Virus record (IMG/VR): IMGVR_UViG_3300020138_000005
Coordinates: 1-35,059 of that record
Direction: 5' to 3' (one strand)
DNA from: a virus
Length of the DNA: 35,059 nt
Shown here: piece after piece, positions 23,829-30,072 of the stretch
How positions within the stretch are numbered: position 1 is the stretch's first letter
How the letters are laid out: every line of letters begins with the position of its first letter
Translations under genes and position numbers: made by a program
Notes under the pieces: generated by a model
What the model was told of the DNA's origin: nothing
The model's database searches: none
What the model saw: only the letters and a program-made list of their open reading frames with translations

Positions 23829-23956
23829 TATTCTTCTCCTTGTAGTTTGTTACGCTCTGCCTTAATTATTGTCAGTAAATACGTGGCGTACCCTAGTTTT
23901 AATTCGGTGTTCTCGTGCATCCAACGTTTCTGCTCTTCGTACAGCCTATCCAACAT
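23828..23956 (-). CDS. 42-aa hypothetical protein (below track cutoff)
   Basis: The product reads MLDRLYEEQKRWMHENTELKLGYATYLLTIIKAERNKLQGEE. Its stop overlaps the next GTG (tagtg). SD spacing is poor. Confidence 0.3.
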   Translation of the reverse strand: MLDRLYEEQKRWMHENTELKLGYATYLLTIIKAERNKLQGEE

Positions 23957-23965
23957 CTCCAGCTT

Positions 23966-24163
23966 CTATCTGTCGGCTTCTTGTTGGATGAGGTTTTCTA
24001 GGTCTTTCACAATCCAAACATAATCTTTATCATGTCGGTGCTTGCCAGTCATATCTCTGATGGTCATGTTCCAAGGCTTGCGGTTAAAATCGCTTTCTGG
24101 CTCGTTTGATTCGTAGCCGAATACTCGGTCTATTTCTTCTCTAAGTGATGTGGTCATAGCCAT
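23966..24163 (-). CDS. Hypothetical protein; paralog of 23238..23549
   Basis: Has the TSLREEIDRVFGY motif and SD aaggagg. Confidence 0.5.
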   Translation of the reverse strand: MAMTTSLREEIDRVFGYESNEPESDFNRKPWNMTIRDMTGKHRHDKDYVWIVKDLENLIQQEADR

Positions 24164-24261
24164 TTAACCTCCTTACAAACAGTGCACATGTAACCAATCA
24201 CATCGTCGTCCTCGTCTACAATTTCTTTCCACCAGTGTTTTATTGAACACAATAAGCTCAC
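24154..24261 (-). CDS. 35-aa Cys-containing micro-ORF (below track cutoff)
   Basis: GTG start after SD aaggag. The product reads VSLLCSIKHWWKEIVDEDDDVIGYMCTVCKEVKWL. It overlaps the next ATG. Confidence 0.3.
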   Translation of the reverse strand: MSLLCSIKHWWKEIVDEDDDVIGYMCTVCKEVKWL

Positions 24262-24310
24262 AATAAATTCTCCTTCTTTAATTCCAATACTAAACGCAAT
24301 GTTTCGTCGG

Positions 24311-24814
24311 TCATTGGTTGTTCTCCTTGCTTAAATGTTGCTTATCAATTAGTTCTACTGAATACTCATCATCAATTCGGACTACTACGCTACCGAATGC
24401 TGGAGATTTCCCTTTTTTGCCTAACCCACTCTCAAAGTTGAGTCTCCCACTAGGTATAAAAAGCCTGAAGCCTCGTATAGAATTGTGGAACTTTGCAGTA
24501 GTTAAAAATTCTATCGGTAATAATATATATATATCTGCTTTGGTTTGGTTGTATGTTTCCTGAGCCTTTTTGATGAACTCCTGCTTCATAGTAAACGGTG
24601 GGTTAATCCATATACGCTTAAATTTAGTCCAGTCTTGCTCAAGCCCATTCGTTTCAATAGTGTCAAAGTGCTTTACACCAAACTCTGCAGCTTTTTCTGG
24701 TGTGGTAGCAGGGTCATAGTCAAACTCACCAAAATACCTAACAACACTCTTGGGGGTGTAGTATTCGTTGTCTTTGGCGTACGACTTCGGTAGATAGCCT
24801 TGCTGTCCAGCCAT
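24311..24814 (-). CDS. dam: Phage-type DNA N6-adenine methyltransferase (Dam family)
   Basis: EYYTP near the N-terminus and the catalytic motif WINPPF. The start is set at MAGQQGY behind SD ggaggag. The track ORF starts at 24859. Confidence 0.75.
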   Translation of the reverse strand: MAGQQGYLPKSYAKDNEYYTPKSVVRYFGEFDYDPATTPEKAAEFGVKHFDTIETNGLEQDWTKFKRIWINPPFTMKQEFIKKAQETYNQTKADIYILLPIEFLTTAKFHNSIRGFRLFIPSGRLNFESGLGKKGKSPAFGSVVVRIDDEYSVELIDKQHLSKENNQ

Positions 24815-24815
24815 C

Positions 24816-25190
24816 TTACTTCTCCTCCAGTTTAGATTGTAGTTTTGAACGTATCGCAAAGAATGCTTTTATTAGCCAGTCAGGTATGTCTTGATGTACC
24901 TCTGCATCAGTACCGAGAATACCGTTTATCATTTCCAGCTTTGCCTTTAGCCTATCCTCCACTCGTATACGTTCGATAGCAGCGAGGGCGTCCTTTTCGG
25001 CGTTAATTATCAAGTCTTTGGTAAGCTCTGTAGATGAGCCCGTATTCACCATCGCTCCCATCATCACTCCCATAGTCTGCTCGACTAATTCTTCTACTAC
25101 TTCTTCTACTGTTCTACCACACTTCCCACAACTACAATCACGCAATATATCTTTATCGTCATAGTAGCTTTTGCATTTGAATCTATTCAT
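24816..25190 (-). CDS. Hypothetical protein with an N-terminal Cys cluster
   Basis: The start is set at MNRFKCK... behind aaggaag. It has a CSCGKC motif. No family is recognised. Confidence 0.4.
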   Translation of the reverse strand: MNRFKCKSYYDDKDILRDCSCGKCGRTVEEVVEELVEQTMGVMMGAMVNTGSSTELTKDLIINAEKDALAAIERIRVEDRLKAKLEMINGILGTDAEVHQDIPDWLIKAFFAIRSKLQSKLEEK

Positions 25191-25332
25191 TGCTTCTTCC
25201 TTTCTTCTTTTAGTCCAAACAAATAATCGAGACATCTTTTACGCATACCGTCTGGGTCAAAGCCACAGTATGCGCAAGGGTATATTTTGTTTACATCTCC
25301 ATTCCCAATGCTAAGTAAGGTAGGGGTTTTGT

Positions 25333-25983
25333 TTATATCTTCAGCTGCAAGACCTTGTCGATCAGTTCAACTGCGTGTTTTGCAAAATCATTGTTTTCAG
25401 GTGTATCACCCTCTCGGATTTGCCAGAACCATTGTTCAGCTGGATTGTGTAGCCCCATGTCGTAATAAGGAAGAGAAGAACAGACGTTCTTAGCCCCCTT
25501 GCCAGTATTGCCGCCAAGTGTACCAATCAAGCAAGCACAGTCACCTTCATACTGAGTGCCTTGTATGCGCCCAGCGACTAACGCTTCGCGTAGTCCAGGC
25601 AATTCAGGCTTTAGGTGTTCAAAGATGAATAGCATATCTCTACTGCAGTTGTTGATGTAGTGTTCTGGTAGGTTCTCAATTGGCACACCTCTCAGGTCAG
25701 CACCTCTCAGGTCAGCACCTCTCAGGTCAGCACCTCTCAGGTCAGCACGACTCAGGTCAGCATCTCTCAGGACAGCACCTCTCAGGTCAGCATCTCTCAG
25801 GTCAGCACCTCTCAGGACAGCATCTCTCAGGACAGCATCACTCAGGACAGCACCTCTCAGGACAGCATCACTCAGGACAGCACGACTCAGTGTTTCCTTA
25901 ATAGTATTATTTTCTGATTCATACTCGAATAGTACGGCCCCGCTTAACCAGCTTTTGATCTCTATCTTGATTTTGTTCGCCAT
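25333..25983 (-). CDS. Pentapeptide-repeat protein with a Cys-containing C-terminal domain
   Basis: About 13 consecutive A(D/V)L(R/S)(G/D)-type pentapeptides ([17 protein letters not shown]...). The C-terminal roughly 120 aa (…[14 protein letters not shown]…) belongs to no family I recognise. Confidence 0.85.
   Translation of the reverse strand: MANKIKIEIKSWLSGAVLFEYESENNTIKETLSRAVLSDAVLRGAVLSDAVLRDAVLRGADLRDADLRGAVLRDADLSRADLRGADLRGADLRGADLRGVPIENLPEHYINNCSRDMLFIFEHLKPELPGLREALVAGRIQGTQYEGDCACLIGTLGGNTGKGAKNVCSSLPYYDMGLHNPAEQWFWQIREGDTPENNDFAKHAVELIDKVLQLKI
25686..25890. repeat. Tandem 15-nt repeat, 13 full units plus a partial one
   Basis: The unit is cacctctcaggtcag. The first four copies are identical and later copies differ at 1-3 positions. 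The array encodes the pentapeptide repeats on the - strand. Confidence 0.95.
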
Positions 25984-26103
25984 TATTTCCTCTTTCTCAG
26001 GATTGCTCCTGCTACTTTACTACTCACACTCAATCTGAAACTACTTAAAAATTCTTGGGGGGTATAGCCGATTTCATACTCAAGTCCATACTGGTCTAGG
26101 AAT

Positions 26104-26310
26104 TTAGTTTTTGGCATTTTTTCCCCCAATCCTGCGTGATTTAGCACCGCCTTTGGCAGCAGCCTCTCTCCTTTTCTCTAGAGGCATGACAGCAAAGCCT
26201 TTAGACACTCTTGCCATACCGCCCTTACGACCTATTTTCTTGAAATGATTTGGGTCTCTTGCCAATATAGTTTCTCTTGTTTTTGCTGCCCCTGCTTTAG
26301 TTCCTGCCAT
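26104..26310 (-). CDS. KGG-motif small basic protein (general-stress-protein-like repeat)
   Basis: FKKIGRKGGMA and AAAKGGAKSRR resemble the stress-induced KGG repeat. Confidence 0.5.
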   Translation of the reverse strand: MAGTKAGAAKTRETILARDPNHFKKIGRKGGMARVSKGFAVMPLEKRREAAAKGGAKSRRIGGKNAKN

Positions 26311-26312
26311 GA

Positions 26313-26441
26313 CTAAGCCCCTACCCTTAGCTTCTTAACTGCTCTGCACTCGCACTGGTGAAATGTTCCATCAAGCCTAGTTATAAACCGAACTGGATAG
26401 TGCTTGTGCAATTTTTTCACTACACCATCTATATATTTCAT
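26313..26441 (-). CDS. 42-aa micro-ORF (below track cutoff)
   Basis: The product reads MKYIDGVVKKLHKHYPVRFITRLDGTFHQCECRAVKKLRVGA. It has an ATGA overlap with the upstream micro-ORF. Confidence 0.35.
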   Translation of the reverse strand: MKYIDGVVKKLHKHYPVRFITRLDGTFHQCECRAVKKLRVGA

Positions 26442-26569
26442 AATTCCCTCTCTAATTTTTCTAATTTAGTTACACTATAACCTCTACCGTCCTCGACCAT
26501 AGACTGCCTGAGTTGACTGGATATGCTGCCTAGCTGCACAATATTTTCTTTCAAGTATTTGCTTGCCAT
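26438..26569 (-). CDS. 43-aa micro-ORF (below track cutoff)
   Basis: The product reads MASKYLKENIVQLGSISSQLRQSMVEDGRGYSVTKLEKLEREL. SD aaaggag lies at the end of the exonuclease gene. Confidence 0.4.
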   Translation of the reverse strand: MASKYLKENIVQLGSISSQLRQSMVEDGRGYSVTKLEKLEREL

Positions 26570-26570
26570 T

Positions 26571-27326
26571 TTAATCTCCTTTATCCGTTATAGTTATTCC
26601 AGCTATTAGGTCGTCAACTTCTAGTATGTCAAACTGAGGAGTGCGCCATTTTGCTTCTTGTACAATCTTAAATGATTTGTTGAACTTGTCCGCTCCGCTC
26701 TCTAGGAATGAGCTGTCGCAGTGCCAGAGTTTAATGCGGTGCGGTGCTTCGCTCTCAATTACCGCAAATAAAACGTGTGAAGCGACTGTTAAAAAGTCAT
26801 ATACAGAGCTTTGCAGGTCGTAGTTTTGGTAGAGGGCTTTTTTATCAAAGCTGTCAAACACTTGAGTTGATACGAACTTCCAGTCAATGACTGTTTTGCC
26901 GTTGTGGTTTGAGATTACGTCAAGAATACCTTTGATGTTGTAGCCGTTAATCTCTTTTTCAATCTTCACCTCTGGCTTGCAGTCTTGTAAGTATGGTGCG
27001 ATTTTTGGGTGGTTAATTGCTCGCTCGGCGATTGCGTTGAACTGCTCCATTTTGGCTTCGCTTACAATCGCAGTGTCATCTGGTTGGCTATCTCGCCACG
27101 CCTTAGCGTCGTTTGTCCTAAAGCTAGCGTATGGGCTGATTGCGATTTTCGCAGGCTCACCGCCTAGCTTCTCGGCGATTATAGCGTGTAGCAGGCGACC
27201 GTCTGACATTGCAGCGGTGTCTTTACCGAACGTACCTAGCTTTTCACCTACGGCGTAGTCATAGCCGTTGGATAGGACTTTGCCTAGGAATGACGGCGAT
27301 AGGTTGATTGGGTTAATTGTTTTCAT
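26571..27326 (-). CDS. PD-(D/E)XK (RecB/Cas4-like) recombination exonuclease
   Basis: GILDVISNHNGKTVIDWKF fits the D...(D/E)xK nuclease core. It is paired with and overlaps the annealase gene. Confidence 0.6.
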   Translation of the reverse strand: MKTINPINLSPSFLGKVLSNGYDYAVGEKLGTFGKDTAAMSDGRLLHAIIAEKLGGEPAKIAISPYASFRTNDAKAWRDSQPDDTAIVSEAKMEQFNAIAERAINHPKIAPYLQDCKPEVKIEKEINGYNIKGILDVISNHNGKTVIDWKFVSTQVFDSFDKKALYQNYDLQSSVYDFLTVASHVLFAVIESEAPHRIKLWHCDSSFLESGADKFNKSFKIVQEAKWRTPQFDILEVDDLIAGITITDKGD

Positions 27327-27876
27327 TTACCGCTCCTAGCGTATTAGCGATTTTAATTCGTGATCTATTAACAACTTCTTCTTCGTATTCTGCTTGGTCA
27401 TCGTTTCGTGTGAGGTTACGCCCGAACAAGTTTCCAAATGATTTGGCGGCGTTTTTGATAGCCTCAGCCTTGGCTCGTGGAATTGCCATTACGCCAGCAC
27501 CCTGAATGATTTGCGATAGGTCAGTTGGCAGTGACCCCTTTTTAGTCTGGAACTCAGCAAAGCCGATACCGTCCGCCACTAGCTCTTTATCGCTCATTGG
27601 GATTTTGGCTCGTAGGCGTACGACCGTATAAAAGCCGTTTGCCACTTGACCCTCTCGTAGTATTTCAGCACTCCAGCCGTCAAATAAGCCGTCTAGTAGG
27701 CGTTCTACCGCTGTTATTGGTAAATAATCGAAGTTGCCGAATTTATGATGTCGTACAATGCTTTTTGACGGTCTAGTGGCTAGAAATTTTTTATATGTTA
27801 GGTCAGTTAGTTTGCTAGCTTTTTCGATTTGCTTGTCGATGATTTCCAGCTCTTTTTTGCTTAGTTCTTCGCTCAT
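27313..27876 (-). CDS. Rad52/Sak-like single-strand annealing protein
   Basis: FDYLPITAVERLLDGLFDGWSAEI resembles the Rad52-family N-terminal signature. SD is ggaggaag. Confidence 0.55.
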   Translation of the reverse strand: MSEELSKKELEIIDKQIEKASKLTDLTYKKFLATRPSKSIVRHHKFGNFDYLPITAVERLLDGLFDGWSAEILREGQVANGFYTVVRLRAKIPMSDKELVADGIGFAEFQTKKGSLPTDLSQIIQGAGVMAIPRAKAEAIKNAAKSFGNLFGRNLTRNDDQAEYEEEVVNRSRIKIANTLGAVNENN

Positions 27877-27892
27877 ACTTCCTCCACTACTT

Positions 27893-28015
27893 CTATGCGC
27901 CTGCCACAGTATCTAGCTTGTGCAGAAGCCGATTGGCTTTAGTCCTAGCCTGTGGCACTTTGCTTAGACTATCTAGCACATACGCTTTGCGAATTTTACG
28001 ATATCTCACGTCCAT
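27893..28015 (-). CDS. 40-aa basic micro-ORF (below track cutoff)
   Basis: The product reads MDVRYRKIRKAYVLDSLSKVPQARTKANRLLHKLDTVAGA. Its start lies inside the end of the upstream ORF. Confidence 0.3.
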   Translation of the reverse strand: MDVRYRKIRKAYVLDSLSKVPQARTKANRLLHKLDTVAGA

Positions 28016-28233
28016 AGCCACTCCTGTATGTAGTTCTCGACCCTGTCATAAAGTTTGGGATTTTCATCTTGGTAGATTGGCTGTCCTTGGGTGTCGAACT
28101 TGTCTCTAAATTTTTTAATGCTGCCAATGGTGACCCATTCATCTTTTGGGCGTAGTTCAAATTCCACAGTAAATTCTTGGGTGTCTATTTTGAAGTCCAA
28201 CTCGAACCTCTGGGCAAGCCTGATAATTTTCAT
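28006..28233 (-). CDS. Hypothetical protein
   Basis: 75-aa ORF with an ATGA overlap with the upstream ORF. Confidence 0.45.
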   Translation of the reverse strand: MKIIRLAQRFELDFKIDTQEFTVEFELRPKDEWVTIGSIKKFRDKFDTQGQPIYQDENPKLYDRVENYIQEWLWT

Positions 28234-28421
28234 TTGAAACTCCTACCACATATACATTTCTTTGGTGGATTGGGATATGTCTGGTAGTGACCAAACACCT
28301 CGCATTGTTTTCGTAAAGCTTCTAAATATTTGTGCCGAAGCCAAAGTTGTTTGAAAATTGTCATTTTAGAAGTCCAATGTTCGATTACCAGAATAATTTT
28401 TGTAGCTTTCTGGGTTTTCAT
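28230..28421 (-). CDS. Hypothetical small protein; the true start may be ATG 28364
   Basis: The track ORF overlaps the upstream gene by 56 nt. Internal MTIFKQLW... begins 1 nt after the upstream stop. It has a C-terminal CICG. Confidence 0.4.
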   Translation of the reverse strand: MKTQKATKIILVIEHWTSKMTIFKQLWLRHKYLEALRKQCEVFGHYQTYPNPPKKCICGRSFK

Positions 28422-28563
28422 TGTAGATAGCTTTGGCGGCTTTCACTACCTTACTCCAACCTATGTAGCTTTGTTTTTCTTTTGTGCCATCTGCATGGCG
28501 CAAAACCACTTCCCAAATGCCGTGCTGTACATTCGTTACTTTGCTGATGTTGTTCTTTGTCAT
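28366..28563 (-). CDS. Hypothetical protein, first gene after promoter 28591..28619
   Basis: The start is set at MTKNNISK... because the track start lies upstream of the promoter's -10 box. The same 20-nt RBS cassette occurs at 23158..23177. Confidence 0.5.
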   Translation of the reverse strand: MTKNNISKVTNVQHGIWEVVLRHADGTKEKQSYIGWSKVVKAAKAIYNENPESYKNYSGNRTLDF

Positions 28564-28590
28564 TTTAGTCCTTTCGTTTACGACTATCTT

Positions 28591-28619
28591 ATGATAGCTC
28601 ACCGTAAGCGCAATGTCAA
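28591..28619 (-). promoter_or_regulatory. Sigma70-type promoter, TTGACA-N17-TATCAT
   Basis: On the - strand: ttgaca ttgcgcttacggtgagc tatcat. It is followed by gaaaggactaaaATG. Confidence 0.65.
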
Positions 28620-28662
28620 GGATTTTTACTCACCCTGTGGATAATTTTCATTCAACAGATAC

Positions 28663-28715
28663 AAAAAACCACCCTAAGAACCAAGTGAAAGGACTAATTT
28701 CGTCTTGGTGGGTGG
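28663..28715 (-). terminator. Rho-independent terminator downstream of rusA
   Basis: On the - strand a composite stem (ccaccca.ccaag / cttgg..gggtgg) is followed by tttttt. Confidence 0.65.
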
Positions 28716-28740
28716 TTGTCTAGATAGTATATAATACTTT

Positions 28741-28807
28741 CGCGAGTGTCCATAGAGTTTAGGTTATCCTACTGAACTCTGGACAAAGGCTGGTTGTCCC
28801 ACTCGCT
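28741..28807. other. Y-shaped (two-hairpin, closed) structured element abutting the rusA stop
   Basis: A 7-bp closing helix gcgagtg/cactcgc encloses hairpins ggacaa/ttgtcc and agagtt..tagg-ttat-ccta..aactct. Confidence 0.45.
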
Positions 28808-29182
28808 CTAGTCTTCTATAAATATTTCAGCTCTAGGATTGTCTCGGTCTATACCACCGTATTCCACGCACCACTGACTGATATGCTTGGTATCGTCATC
28901 TTCAATTACACCAGCAGCCACAAGACTGTCACACACGGAACTCAGGCAATTATCTAAATCCCTACGCCGCTCGTCTTTGTTGTAAACCACAATCGTGATG
29001 GCTATCGGATAGTCTACTACCTTGAACCCCTTGAATTGTCGCTTGAGCTGTAACTGTGCTGATTGCTGCCATTGCTTTACTCTGTCATTGCTGGCTATAA
29101 ACGGTTTGCCCGTTTTACGGTTTATAAGTATCTGTTTGGAGTTCTTTTGACTCGGCACTTGCCCACTTATGACCAGCTTCAT
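28808..29182 (-). CDS. rusA: RusA-family Holliday junction resolvase
   Basis: N-terminal GQVPSQKNSK plus RRRDLDNCLSSVCDSLVAAGVIEDDD are RusA catalytic Asp motifs. Confidence 0.85.
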   Translation of the reverse strand: MKLVISGQVPSQKNSKQILINRKTGKPFIASNDRVKQWQQSAQLQLKRQFKGFKVVDYPIAITIVVYNKDERRRDLDNCLSSVCDSLVAAGVIEDDDTKHISQWCVEYGGIDRDNPRAEIFIED

Positions 29183-29246
29183 AGACTAATCGTAGCATAT
29201 GAAGATTTTTGAAATCCGAGTAAGTAGAATATAATCAAAAATAAGC

Positions 29247-29262
29247 TAGCTCAAATAGACAT
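29247..29262. repeat. 16-nt direct repeat, copy 1 (tagctcaaatagacat)
   Basis: Identical to 29324..29339. It overlaps the putative -35 of the leftward rusA promoter. Confidence 0.9.
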
Positions 29263-29285
29263 TGAGCCAGCCCACAGTATTAGAA

Positions 29286-29314
29286 AAGACCCCGTAGGGT
29301 CTTGTGTTTGTTTT
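29286..29314 (+). terminator. Rho-independent terminator
   Basis: 7-bp stem aagaccc/gggtctt with loop cgta, followed by gtgtttgtttt. Confidence 0.65.
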
Positions 29315-29323
29315 GAGTTTTTT

Positions 29324-29339
29324 TAGCTCAAATAGACAT
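29324..29339. repeat. 16-nt direct repeat, copy 2 (tagctcaaatagacat)
   Basis: Identical to 29247..29262, with 77-nt spacing. Confidence 0.9.
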
Positions 29340-29667
29340 CTATATAGTACCACGACGGGCGATGCTGTACAAGTACTTTTTCAACAAAATAGTGATCAGC
29401 CATCGGGTTATAGTATCCCAACCAAAAAAGCTAGACTGGTTTCACGCCGACCTCAGCGTCAAGTCCCTAGTGATTCGCCCACTGATAGCTAGGGAGCTGC
29501 ATTGGGGTTGGCACTGGGTAGTAAAGAGATAGGGAGCAGGGGCTACGTAAGTAGGCAGAGCTATCAGCTAAAGGAGTAACGGCATAATCTCGCCCGACTA
29601 TTGAACCTCAGAGTTGAAGAAGACCAACCTCACTAGCCTTGTATTGCAGCAGGGTAAAGTGGGTTAG

Positions 29668-29676
29668 TGGTACAAT
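29668..29676 (+). promoter_or_regulatory. Extended -10 promoter, tggtacaat, 6 nt before ATG 29683 (predicted leaderless)
   Basis: TG-N-TACAAT, then agactc, then ATG. Confidence 0.55.
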
Positions 29677-29682
29677 AGACTC

Positions 29683-29808
29683 ATGTGCAGAATTTGTGGC
29701 AAGAACCAGATGCGTGTTAGATGTGATAGTTGTGGGCGTATTTGGTTTGAGCGTCGACAAAAAGCCAAAGTTACTTGTAAATGTGGGCAGGTTGTTTTGG
29801 CAGAATAG
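29683..29808 (+). CDS. 41-aa zinc-ribbon protein (below track cutoff)
   Basis: Hand translation gives MCRICGKNQMRVRCDSCGRIWFERRQKAKVTCKCGQVVLAE, with three CxxC/CxC pairs. Confidence 0.5.
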   Translation: MCRICGKNQMRVRCDSCGRIWFERRQKAKVTCKCGQVVLAE

Positions 29809-29814
29809 CATCTA

Positions 29815-29823
29815 TGGTATATT
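29815..29823 (+). promoter_or_regulatory. Extended -10 promoter, tggtatatt, 6 nt before ATG 29830 (predicted leaderless)
   Basis: TG-N-TATATT, then cagcct, then ATG. Confidence 0.5.
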
Positions 29824-29829
29824 CAGCCT

Positions 29830-30072
29830 ATGGATTACGAGGTGGTAGAGGCAAAACCAAACCTGCATTTTATTTTTGCTTCTAAAACCATCTACATACA
29901 AACTACACATCAAACCATAAGATTAGATTGCTGGACCGGTAAAGATAAGAAAATCCGAGAGCTGAAGAAGATGATTGCCAGAGGTGTCATCTCAGATATA
30001 AACAGCCTGACGCACCACGCGTCTCGTAAAAAACTATTTTTGACGGCAACAGCTAGGCGATTTACATTATGA
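29830..30072 (+). CDS. Hypothetical protein
   Basis: 80-aa ORF with an ATGA overlap with the following gene. Confidence 0.45.
   Translation: MDYEVVEAKPNLHFIFASKTIYIQTTHQTIRLDCWTGKDKKIRELKKMIARGVISDINSLTHHASRKKLFLTATARRFTL

Larger units (their letters stand above)
29242..29314 (+). ncRNA. Candidate small RNA of about 70 nt (promoter, hairpin, terminator)
   Basis: A TATAAT at 29230..29235, with TTGAAA 15 nt upstream, is followed by hairpin gct.gctca/tgagc.agc and the terminator at 29286..29314. There is no ORF. Confidence 0.35.

Noticed and set aside
23700-24023. 107-aa + strand track ORF in the leftward block
   Set aside because: It runs antisense to three SD-led, translationally coupled - strand micro-ORFs. 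It has no SD and a Ser/Cys/Phe-rich product that does not look like a real protein.
25686-25890. Possible CRISPR array, given the regular short repeats
   Set aside because: The 15-nt units are directly tandem with no spacers and lie in frame inside a coding gene. This is not CRISPR.
25680-25901. + strand ORF encoding HLSGQ repeats
   Set aside because: It is the antisense shadow of the pentapeptide-repeat gene. The open frame is a by-product of the 15-nt tandem repeat.
28741-28807. tRNA-like element (7-bp closing stem with an adjacent 6-bp/7-nt hairpin resembling acceptor plus T-arm)
   Set aside because: It has only two internal hairpins, no D-arm, no 7-nt anticodon loop, no T-loop consensus and no CCA context. 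I found no convincing tRNA anywhere in the window.
29304-29492. 62-aa track ORF in the divergent control region
   Set aside because: Its GTG start lies inside the terminator stem/T-run. It has no SD, and the region is dominated by RNA-like helices and repeats.
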